Origin: Catajapyx aquilonaris
Taxonomy: Eukaryota
Assembly (NCBI GenBank): GCA_000934665.2
Contig: JYFJ02000044.1
Location: 62,001 to 126,000 of the forward strand
DNA length: 64,000 nt
Reading direction: 5' to 3'
Within the stretch, counting starts at the first letter, position 1, and every line of letters starts with the position of its first letter. Positions 37,831-50,036 of the stretch are shown here, piece after piece. The position numbers and the translations under genes were made by a program. The notes beneath the pieces are model-generated. The model saw only the letters and a list, made by a program, of their open reading frames with translations, did no database searches and had not been told where the DNA came from.

Positions 37831-40800
37831 CTTTGTGGTGCATATTTATGAAAAGGTGTCGAGATTGTCGCACTTTTGATATTATAAATTTCGAAGATCC
37901 CCCTTACAATATATTTGAAGCAGGACACAATAATGGCCTTGTAAATGCAATGTATGATCGTTTTGTTCGTAAGTTTTAGTGTTGCTTTATAAAACCACAA
38001 CTGTTATGTTTTAATTGAAGCAGGTCTGTTTTCATGGAATTTGTATATATATTCTTAAATGGTTTTTTAAAATTATGCGCGAAGAGCTATTCCATCAACG
38101 TTTTAATATTTTGTACATGCCTGTAGGATAATACTTTTTTTTCGTTTACATACAGGTACACTATTCACTCGGGTTATAATTTGCCAAGCACACAAATTAG
38201 TAACTAATAACCTTAACACTAGTAATTAGGGGACTATTCACAAACAGGCGAGTATACCTTCGTTACCTTGCTGATAACTAGCCTATTTTGAGCGAACTTA
38301 GGCAAGGGACAGAGCATCCGGAATTGGCTGCTAATTAAGCAATGTTATTGAATGAAGGCGCTTTGCGGGATGATCGGTTAAGCAGCTTAGGCTTTGTTAG
38401 ATGTAATTGACTCTGTTGAACTTTTACTAGCTTTATTTTGGAAACGTGGAATAAGCAGGTGAAATGACGAAATCCCAGAAAATCCAATAATAATTTATTG
38501 GAAGAAATCCGTCCGGATTTACATTTCATATTAGTAATATGAGGTAAAAAAAAAGGTAATGGAATATCCGACTATTATGGTATAAACTGATCGCATTTGA
38601 ACTGTATTTTTGGCTTACCCCCTTCCACTTCTTTCAGAACAACTCCACTAATGGTACGAACCTCTCACGTTACCCGATATTTGAACCTCTCAAACACTGG
38701 GAGCACGTCACACTCTCCGCTTCCCAACTACCACTTAATTTTTACCCTTCTTTTGAATAGCCCACCAACCTTCCGAAAAAAAAAATGGAGAAAAAATATG
38801 ACCCGGCTATATCCTTACAAAAAGGGTGAAATTAGAATTCGTGAAGTGAAGGACGTGACACCATGTGTTAGCAGGGTGTGAGAGAATGTTGCATGAAATT
38901 TTTTTCTGTGTGTGCAATGGTAGAGGGTACAGGGGGAGATGAAATGAATGTCCTCGTTGCCAGGCGAGGGGAGATGAGTTTAGCAGCAGCTGATGACATT
39001 CATTGGGTGACGGCCCCAAAATGTCACATTGGTGGGCTAGGCTTTTCCACGTGCTAAGCGCATTATCACCATCCGGTGCCCCCCCAAAACTATTCTCCTG
39101 CCTTCTGCCTCCCGATTCCATTATAAAATCGGGAGCAATCTCCTTTGCTTTATAACCTTTGCTCTCACGGAATATTCGTGTCTTGGCGTGTACAAGGTGG
39201 CTCCCCCTGTACATATACTACGTCTCTTTTTGGGGTGTGTGTGCTTGCATATCGTGCGGAATGGCAATTCCGCTGGTTATCAAGGCGTCGTCGTCTTAGG
39301 ATCATGATGTCGTACCTTTTCCCCTCCTCCCCTCCCCCTTTTCCCCAGAAACTTGTGGTTTATTGCTGTCTGAAGGTAAAGGGAGCTGCCTGCCTGCCTG
39401 CCATGCCTTCCACGAAGTCTTGAGGTAATTTCGACCAGGCCCATTACAGGCGTCCTTATTACTTTGCACTCCAGAGGCATCCGGATTCAGCTTTATTGCG
39501 CGTGAAATATGCGACTAACTAGAATTTAATTCATTTCCTAGAGGAGGAGTCGAGGGAAGATTGAGGCCAGGTTGGTTGCACTGTTGTCTCTAGACACTGT
39601 ATAGATTTGTACTAACCTGAGACAATGTTTTGCTGGCGACTGTGCTATGCCCTGTACATTGTATAACCTACCATGTATCTCTCTAGAAGCACTTGGCCTG
39701 CGGGTCTCAATTACTCGGCAATGATGTAGGCCGAGAGTGGCCCTTTATCTTTTGGCGCCGCAGTAGGGTTTTATTAATGCAGCTTGTTGGCGTTTGTTAT
39801 AGTTGCGGCGGTTTTGTTCATTAGTTCTGCTTCTGCCTCATTGTTGACAGGGGCTTGGAAATGTGGGTTGCTCAAATCTCTGAGGCCTACCAATTCAATT
39901 GTCCAGTTAGCAATTATCTGGAATTAAGAGGCTTATTTTTACGTTATTAAAAGTAGGCTATTAGCTGCTAATATTAAAGGTTGTGTGAACCTTTGAGGTG
40001 AAAAGGGCAAAGGTGAAGGGTTAGGCCTAGCTAGGCCTAGCTCCATGTGGTCCTGTCGGCATTATACCTGGACGGGAAGGCTGCATATTTCAAAACTATT
40101 ATCAGGTTACAAGAAGGGTCGTATTTAAAAATACAGCGACACACATGTAAATTGAAACTACTGCAATCAAATTGAAACTTTTATCACTGAGACCACGGGT
40201 GTCCCTTGAAGGTGAAAATGGAGATATTTCGAAAGAGAATAAATCTTTAACGCTTATTTACCGAGCAGGCTTCCAAATGAGTAGATTAATGTTTCACTTG
40301 GCGTCCATATTCATTAGAACTTGGGCTCATCAGGGACTATCCTTTCCGGTTTGGCCCCAGAAACTCGTTCTAACCTTTGTGAATATTAACCATCGTAATT
40401 AAACGGCTTCGCATGAATTTTGGACTATTTTTTGTAACCTCCAGTCCGTATTTAGCACCCGGACGACGCAAAAGGTCGCGCATTTCACGGCAGCCCTGCA
40501 AACACAGCTCTCAGAGCACAATAATTGCAAACTCCACTAGCAACACCCCGACTCGTACAATGCGCCATATTGTACCATAAGTGCACATTGGAGGCCGAAT
40601 TTATTACAGAGTTGTCGAGACCACGGAGGGTTGCCAGTTTTTGGTGGGTTTGCTGGCCAGAAGCCCAAACCCCTCTCGCTCTCCTCAGGGGCCATCGGTC
40701 AGTCTGCTCTGGACCAACCCCACCCTCCTGGTCTAATGATCAATGGAGAGAGTTAATGGAGACGGGCACCGGAGTAAAGCCCGGACAGGCCACCATCAAT

Positions 40801-43800
40801 TGCCTTGCTTGTCCTGCACAATGCACAGACTCCCTCGGGTAAAATGAGCCCGGATCATGCTGCTGCCATCCTACAACTGAAAAAAATAATCCGGATCTTT
40901 ATCCTCGCTTAAAATTGTACTAGTCGTGGAGAGGGTTCATAATGAGGAAGTCAGGACGAAGCAATTTCAAGTCGCAGTCAGGTGAAAAATATGCGTGGTT
41001 CCTGGTAATAAATTAGGATTAATTTAATAATTAATTGTTTGCACTATTTGTGTTTCTGACTGCGGATCAAGATGTACAGCCCATAATGAGAAATGACAGC
41101 AGCTTAAGTGAAAAACAGTGCAGAAAGAGAATAAACATGCCATTTGTGTTCATGTCATTTCCAGTTCCCAACATCAAAGCTAGGCTAGCTAACGTGCGAA
41201 GCGTTATCCCCAGCAGGAAAGTCACGATTGAATCTCTCCTCTCTGTGTGTTGGGATTGATTGTGGAAAGGAAGCACCGGCTTTTCCAACCCACACTCGTC
41301 AAGTACCCTTTATGGACGATTGTGGTGCGTTTTCATTTATTACTGAGGGGGAGCTACAAAACTGGAGGGCATAAAGCAGTTCTGCGAATGTTATTGAAGC
41401 CTCATAGCCATTAGAAAGAGAAGAGCATGTGTACTAGTGGAGGGAGGGGGGGTTTATACCGAGACTACCGCATGAATGTGTGGTTAAGCCTTCAAATCAG
41501 CTTTGCAACGTGCAAAAAAAAGCAGGCGAAAAAAACAGAGTAATGGAGTTGCCAAGCTTGTATTTCATATAGAGTTTGCTCTGAATAGAAATGCGACATG
41601 GACCTCACTCCGAATGAAATTGCATTCCTGCAGTTGACCACAGGCCTGCCCAGTTCAGCACGTTTAATGGTCGCTGCCACCCCGCAGGATTTTTGTGGCC
41701 ACTGGCATGTGCAGTAAATACAATTCTCACACTTGCAGAGTGCACACAAACACACGCTCGGTTGAGTATTTCCCAAGCCTTCTGGCAGCTTCAGTCTGTT
41801 GTGAATTGCTGCTGTATAAAATTACGGACAAGACCTGGCTGCCATTCGATAAGGGAACGCTATAGAGCATTCCTTACGAACTAAAAATGCACGCTCGTTT
41901 GCATACCTGGCACATTGTGGCGGGGAACATTGTTCCTGCGCAGGGGGATTATTAACGGAGGGATTATTGAGAACTCGCATGATCCGGTACACTATGGCGG
42001 AACTTTGATGTGTGATTTTTCCCGATGTAGTTTTAGTAGTGTGAAAAATATCATTTGAATATTTGCCACGGATTACCATTTGATATTGTGAACACCTATA
42101 ACCGGCCAGTAATTACTGCAGGCGGATCCTAAACCTGATTAGGGTTTGTCACAGAGCCTTGGCTTGACCCCATCCTCTAACTTACTCTCGGAACATCTGC
42201 TCAAGAGCCACGCAGTCTCCTCCGAAGCGGACTTTGTCTCAAAGCCTGTCGCCCTACTCATTCCGCCTTGTTTAATCCCCTAGGAAAGATGAGGACATGA
42301 TCTTGGCACGTGTCCCTACCCTGAAAACGCCAAGCATGGAGATAAGATGTTTGGAGGGATTTAAGGACGTACTCGGTACATTACACCCCAACCTCCTACT
42401 CCCTTTGTTTAATTCATACGGATTACAACCAGAGCCAGGCCTGTTGAACATGCGTCAGGACTAGACCATGGTCCCTTTACCCCTCCAGGTCTTTGTGGCG
42501 TCCAAGGTATAGAGCAAATCCGGCCTTCTGCATCACCAGGATTTGGTCTCATCGAGCGGCCTTGCCTGCCTATATAACCCCAGGAGCACCATCTTAGGCG
42601 GGGGGTTGGGAGAGGTCCTAAGTGCCCACCACATTGCTGGATAATACAGCTTTGACGTCAGTGGTAGCTCTTTTTTTTATTTCCCTTAACCTGTGAAACC
42701 TCCTGGCTGCTCGACCGTTTCCTCAGCCGTCTGCTGGGGGTTTTGTTCCTCAGGTCTGCGGTTCGTGGGTACCAATCGAGGCCAGGTTTGTGTGCAGGGA
42801 ATGGAAATTGCTGGGTGCGAATCGTGACAGATGTAAAGCCCAGATTAACACGTATCGAATCAAGTTTGACAGTGGGAGCGTGCACGACGGTTGGTGTTAA
42901 GGCCAGGGTCATACCAGGCGGTTTAAACGCGAGGAAAAACCGACGAGTTTTTTTCTGAAGCGGAAAATACGCAGATGGAAGAAATGCAAAGTGTGCTGAC
43001 TGTGACAAGTGATGGAAAGCTTCAAATTTGGAAAGTTATTTTTGAAAGGCCACACCAATATATGGAATTATTAAATATTTTTTTCTTCGGCATAAAAACG
43101 CTCGCGTTTTTAAGCGCCTGGTGTGTCCAAAGCTTCTGAGCGTCTCGAAAAACCAGACTATGATCGGTTTGTGATAAAAATGGGCGATGGGAGCCATTAG
43201 AGCCCAAATGACTGCCTGCATTTTTTATCCTCTTCTTTTACATTAAGAGAACGCGACTTGAGAAAATTTTCCGTCCATGATGAATGCGCTTCCATCTCGT
43301 CCTGAAAGCGTCTTCGGATGTCATTTGCGGCGTTCCAAAGAAGATGAATTATTCAGAGAGGTGGAAAGTCTGGCCTGAGAAACTGCCGAAGTGATGATCC
43401 CGTCCTAAACAAGATCTTTTTATTTCTCGGATTTTTAGTGCATAATTTAAACGACCTTGACCTTGAACCCTGATGAACCCGAAACCAGCCATAAATTCAG
43501 CTCATACCTCTTGTTAGCAAGCAAAGGTGTGTCTTTGTGATTTAAGGAAGGTGTATATATCAAACGGTCTTTGTACGGATAATGACTTTGATGGCACAAA
43601 AAGCGTTACTTGAAGAATGGCTCCTAGTCTTAGTTAATTGGAGACTCAAATCTAGCCGTTAAATGGTCTACTGGCTGCTTTGCTTATCATTTCAGGCCAT
43701 ATTAAGCCCGCTTTTCAAGCCAAGAATTGGTCCGGAAAGAGGACGGTTGTGTACCAAATTTACTGACGCTTCTACTGAACAAAATGCTGGTATATCTAGT

Positions 43801-45626
43801 TGTGTTGCCTTCAAGAAGTTGGCAGGTGTCGCTTTTTCTGAGTGTTAAAGCGACTGAGATAGGAAGAGGCACGTAGGAGAGCAGTTGAAGACGGAAATCG
43901 GAACCTGCTCCTTTGGGAGATGCTGAGGGGAAAAAAAGTCCAGAAAATCACATCTCCACTTGCACAATATCCATCTACTTTCTTTGGCTGTGTACATACA
44001 GTTCAATTTCGTAATGGACACACTGCGTGTTTGAGCAGCCAGCCAATGACAACCACACCCAACTGTTTCCAACCGCCGGATTTCTGCTGATTTGATCGCG
44101 CGTTTTCGGGTGGAGGCACCTGCAAATAGGATTTGCGGATGAAACGGCCGAAAATTGGCAATAATTGTAAGCACCGCACATAATTGCCAAAATTAGATCT
44201 ACGTGTAAATTCCAGGACTGGAACTGGCAATGGAATTAGAACCTGTGATTTTGTACCCAAGCTTCAGCCCCATTTCTAGTTCGTGGCTGGTAAGAAATCA
44301 ACCAGAAGAGTCCTGAACATGTTGGAAAAAAAAGGGTAGATGGTGATGGTAGAGCTGGAGGAAATAATGGGATGGAGAAGGAAATGAGGCAAGGCAATAG
44401 CCTCGGAAGAGTTCGGATTACATGAGCAGGAAGGTTGTTGTTTCGGAGAGAAGGAAAAGACTCGAGGTGTTTTTTTCCCCCTTCGTTTCCTTTAGGCTGC
44501 TCTTGGAGCTGTTAAACAAGTTTCGGAACTGCTATTCTCCGAGTGCTGGTGAATAGTTTGGGAGCCGAATTCGGATTGGTTTAAAAGGAGTTTGCAATTT
44601 TTAGAGGGATTAATGGACCGCACTTAAGTGGTGGGGAAAACTAGGTTGCAGCTGGGTTCACACTGGTGTCGTTGTGGTTAGTATGCACTGATACCAAACC
44701 CAGATTAGCATAAATATTTTCATGCAATTTTTATGTATCACCTAATTGGGCTGGATTTAGAACACGTTTTTAGTTGTTCAACGATCTGATGACGTTAACG
44801 AGCTAATTGATTGGTAGGTGATGAAAAGCTGGAAGTACTTCATTTTTCTGGAAAACAGCGTCTGACAGCGGTAGAAAGTTATTAGACCCAAGTTTCAACT
44901 AGTTGGAAAACCGGTTGCAACCGCGCAGCGTTTAATTGAAAGAGTGGTTTTGTGGCCTTGGCAATAGTCCTGGGAACTTTGATTGGAGAAAACTCTGCAA
45001 TTATACCCAAAAGAATGCATACGGCACAAGTTTAGAGCTGTTTGTCTGGTTCCACCCTGTAAATATCCTAATTTGCAAGGCTAAATCTGCAGAACCTAAA
45101 ACTTTTTCTGCATTGGTTTCGCACGTGTAACATCAAGACAATTGCACAGAACTTTGCAGATAAACCGAAAACATTGGGTGTTTTTGAGAGACAACCCGCT
45201 TCATGTGTCTTTACAGTACAGAGTTTGCTGGATGGAGAGAGATGTACCGCACTTTGAAAGTGAAGTTTTCAAACTCGCTCTCAGAAGCCGCAATGCTGGC
45301 AGGGCTGGAGATCTAAACTAAAGTGCAAACAAAAATATACAGTGCAAGGAGAGCAGTGTGGGAAGCATATGGGCACTTCGTAGAACATGCACGAACCACC
45401 GTTGGACTTGAGCAAAGTGTGCCACTTGCACACAGTTGCCTAGACAGGATTTTTTTAAATGTGAGCGCTACATTCGCCTATAGTCCTATTTGTTTTTATT
45501 ATCATATCATAGTATTTATACAATAAAATTGATTAACCGTTCTGTTATTAACTGTTCATGTGAAACTGATTGTTTTGTTTGCTCATTGCATTTATCGGAA
45601 CCTATGAATTTGTGGTATGCAGATAA

Positions 45627-46060
45627 TTGAAATTCGATCCGGACCAAATGTGCTTTCGAATATTTTGTGAAATACTCTCACCTTTTCGGATATCGATGCG
45701 CAATATGCAGCATTATCGTCGAACATTATGGAATTTTTTTCCAGCTACTAGCTGGACTGAACCAAATACTCATCATGTAATATACAAAGTGGGCTCTTTA
45801 GTGAAACATATTTCTAGTAATATGCACTGGACACAACATACAACCTTTACAAATAAATTGACTTGAACAGAGTACTTAACAAATATGAAAAAATGGCTGA
45901 GAACATTAAGAGAGCTGAAGGATTTGAGACGTATATGAAAAATAAACTTGAAGATTATGCTCGGATTGAATTTACAACCCAGGAAAAACTAGAAGCGACG
46001 CTCCTGAGTGGTTTCATCCACTTGTTTTTTTCCCGGACGTTGCAAACATTAGCAAAAAGA
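45627..46060 (+). mobile_element. Decayed CR1/L2-group LINE fragment
   Basis: LKFDPDQMC (LxFNPxKC), HISSNMHWTQH (ISSDLxWxxH), NRVL and FETYMKNKLEDYA (YxTYVRPxLEYA) are colinear. Confidence 0.5.
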
Positions 46061-49000
46061 GACTTGAAATATTGTGAGTGCAGCGAGGTAGCGCTTAGTG
46101 GGGAAGCTTCGCTCTACATTATATATATTTGCTATGCTTACCAAACGGGACACATTAATTTGACCTTCACGGCGTTACGGAAAAAAATAGTCCGCAGGGT
46201 AATTTTACCCTCTCTGAAACGTGGTAATTGCGTTTTCTGGCAGTAAAGGCGAGCTAGTAGATGATGGCGGATTTTCGGACCTCTGGCCCCCGCAGCAGGG
46301 CACAAAATAATCTCCCGGCACATTTTGGAAATTAGGCAGCGAGGAAGAGCCCAAAGTGTCATCATCTATCAAGTATTGAATTACGAGCGGAAGGTAGAGC
46401 CAACCTGGGGGAAAGGGAATTACAATAGAGGCAGAAGCAAACCCCATGTTTTCCACCACCCCAGCGAGAGAACACTGGTCAGAAATGGGTCAGGTTAAAG
46501 TACTCTGGAGATTTCTGCGAATTCTGAGACTTTAAAGTGCGTTAAAAAGCTAGAGAGAGCTGTAGCGTGAGCCGAGAGCGTGAGCGAGAAGTCAATCGAC
46601 GAATCGGGTGGCAGAACTGTCACGCTCACGCTAGCTTGTAAAGTGACAAAAATTATGCACAAAGTATTCCACATAATATTCATTTTAAAACAATGTGTGA
46701 CGTATGAGCAGGTTGACTCTGTGACGTCAGAGGACATGGCATTTTTAAAAGTGTGGTCAGATTTTGATGTTGATCGATGTCGCATTTTGTGTACTCGTAC
46801 ATAATCACTGAAGTGCCTGTGCCGCCGAATGTGACGGAGTTAATAGCACCGAACACTGCGGCGGTGTTTAGCACAATTTGCATCGGTAAATAATCGATCG
46901 TGTCGTATGCAATGATTGTCAATTACTTGTGACGAATTGATTTGCATGTTAAAATTATGTACATCAAACAACCGGGGAAAAGGGAATCTTCCATAATCAC
47001 AGGTTAAAACAGCAAGTGATTTTTAAAATGGTAATACACGGCGAGCTACCCCCGTTTCTATCAACTCCGACGCATGTTGGTTTATAACTATGGGAATCCA
47101 AAAAAACATCAATTTTTATCTCTATCACATGTTGCCTGGGCAAAATGGCTGCACATTATTTTGGACTCATTAAAAGGGGAGAGAAATTATTTCGTTCTAC
47201 GTGTAGTAAGAGCGAATCTGGTTTTTGTTGTATATCATTCATAATACTATGTACGTAACAATGCAGTAACTGCAACCGACATTTTAATATTCCCTTTTAG
47301 CAAGTCAAATTTTGCTATATTTTTATAACAATTGCGATCCACGGACTGGTCAGTATACATTAGTAATAATAGGCAGTGTTTTCATAAATGTAATAAAACG
47401 CTACTATTTTTTATTATAACGTCCAATGCGCGTTTTCAGTGTTTATAATTCACAGGTAATTCAGCGATGCCCACAAATCAAAACATGCCCTAGCCGCCTG
47501 TGACACCCCATAATTTATAACCGACCAGGTTGTGAATAAAACCAGCTGTAAAAGATCCCATCGGGTGAAATGCAATTATTACTGCATTTTCGGTTACCCA
47601 TTTGGGTGCAGCCTTAATTTTGCAAACGACAAACCCCGCCTTCATTTATGGCTAACGTTAGAAAAGAAATTGGAGAGGTAAAAGCAAGTGAAGTCAACTG
47701 TATAGTCTTGACAAAATTAGTAACCTGAGAACTATTAGGACGGCTTTTGGCACAGGGTTTTGTCTCTCAGGTACCTTACGCAAATTTAATGCGGATGAAA
47801 ACGGGGAAGAAGAGAGTGTCGCAGTGACGTCAATGGTTTGGGAACCCTGGGATGAAATTCCTAGACGAAGCATCCACTTGATAGCCCATGATAACAATAT
47901 CAGGGGGTTTGCCTAATAGCGTAATGAGTCTCTGGGACGGCAGATACCAAGAGGCCCCGGGTGGTGATCAAGTAAAGCTAAAACGGTATGTAATCGGGCA
48001 ATTATAAGGGAAGGAAAAAGTTTTCATTTTGGAGGAGTTACAATCACAGGGATGAGCTTTTAAGGGAATTAGGTCGTCAATGAGGCCATTCGCAGATTCT
48101 TAGTAGGGCTGCCAATTGAGGTAATGTTAATTTTAGGGTGTAATTACCTGGACTTAGTTTGCAAACTTTTTGGCAGTCGCGTGGCTTCGGTCAACTTTCA
48201 GGTCAGGTTTTGCGCGCCTGTTGACTTGAAAGCTGAAAATATTATAGCAGGAAGTTGTAAAATTATGAAGTGCAAATCAGCAGAGCATTGGACAGTGTTG
48301 TGAACTGCTTTTCGGCTGGAAATTTTGCAGAACTCGAAGTTTGTTTTGCAGACAAGTGCGCCTGAATAAACCGTGACTGGGCGCTTTGTCAGGTGAAGTA
48401 GGATTATTTGATTTTGAAATTACTGTACGGTGAACCAAAGCAAATATTACTGAAGCATAAGCATGTATACATTGTATAGTAACATTTACATAATTGTAGG
48501 CAGTGTTTATGCCTATTATGTATGGGATTTTAATGTTGTAAAAATGTACCACCCACACCGATACAATATGCAATTTTTTGTTTTGTCGATGTGTTAAATT
48601 TTTGATGATCAATTTGCATATCGGTCGATATTGTCACAACCATATCGAATTTCGATTTGACATTTTGCCCATCGAACCTTCCCTGCTTTTCATATGATGG
48701 TTTTTTTTGCCGCACTGCTGATTTATATAGAACGTTTTTTTTCACATTGGCAAAGTTTCCTAGTCGAACTGGGAGAGTGGAAATTGGAAGCCAGACCACT
48801 GATGGACGAAAGGTAAAGTTTCCATAAAGACTGGTCCGCGTTGAAATTCAAAAGTTTTTTTTTTTGATCCGTAACCTGCGAAAGCAAACCTTCTCGGGAG
48901 TTGCGACTGTTTTCCTTCATTATTCATGCGGAATTGAAAGCAGGCAAGAAAAAGGAGAGACCTGGCCAGCAAGACTCTTTCGAAGACTTCCATTTAATTA

Positions 49001-49970
49001 ATCCAGTCGATAGAACCTTTCTTTCCATCTGAACAATGTATTCTCGACACAATCTTATGAAACACAATTTTTCATATCCGAACCTGATCGTTTTCTTGGT
49101 ATGGCCGCACAATCAGACAGCTCTAATTCAAGACGCCCCCCAACTTCGGACACTATTTGTATCAGGTCCGTTCTATCCAGATTTTCAGACCCCCCTCGAG
49201 GGACTTACATTTCATCCTCTGAATTCCTGCAACGGATTTTTTTGAATCGTTCCAACGGGACCACCACACCCCTGCTATGAATACCAATTTTTATCCTCCC
49301 AGCTCAGCTCAACGGTCGTGATTTAAGGAACCAGAAAAAAAATCCCTCGCGAAATGGTGGCCACTCCCATTAAGGTAAAGCCTTGTAAAAATATAGGACT
49401 TGGTAGTTTACATGACATGAGATTCGGAGAGAAGACTCGGCAGTCCATTTCCGGACTTGGTGCTGAGCCTCGTTTCTGGTTCTGTGCTGAGGCCTGAAAC
49501 AGAAGCGATTGGAGGACCCAATTTCCCTGAGTAAACCCCCCCCCCTCTTGGCTTGGAAAGTGATATGGTGCCACTGCCTTCCTTGCTGACACGGAGCCAA
49601 CCTGCATTTAGAACTAGGGGTTAAAACCACCTTTTGCCACCTTCTAATCGGAGGGTCTGGTTATAAAGGAGTAGGACTTACGTCTCATTGCCCTTGTATT
49701 GCCCTTGCCCTGTGTACAGTACAAGAGGTGACACTATGTGCTATTTATTTTGATGTAATTTGAGGAGTGTTTCATTTAAATGCATTTAACATATTGGGTC
49801 TGGTCATTCCAAGCACTTAGTAGGAATGCAATGAAGCAATTAGTGGAGTAATTATCATACATTCTGCTGGCTATGCAGTGAAACTACAACCTGCACACAC
49901 AGTATGAGAAAATAGTACCCATAACTTCTCAAAAAAGGGATTAGGCGACCTCTCCCCCTCCACACCAGAC

Positions 49971-50036
49971 ACTAAGCGATCTGATTGGTGGAGCTGAGGG
50001 CAGGGGGCCTCTGCTCCACCAATCAAATCGGTTGGT
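49971..50036. other. Long near-perfect hairpin (66 nt) with inverted CCAAT motifs
   Basis: CGATCTGATTGGTGGAGCTGAGG matches the reverse complement of CCTCTGCTCCACCAATCAAATCG at 21/23 positions. The stem extends about 6 further bp and the loop is short and G-rich. Confidence 0.75.
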
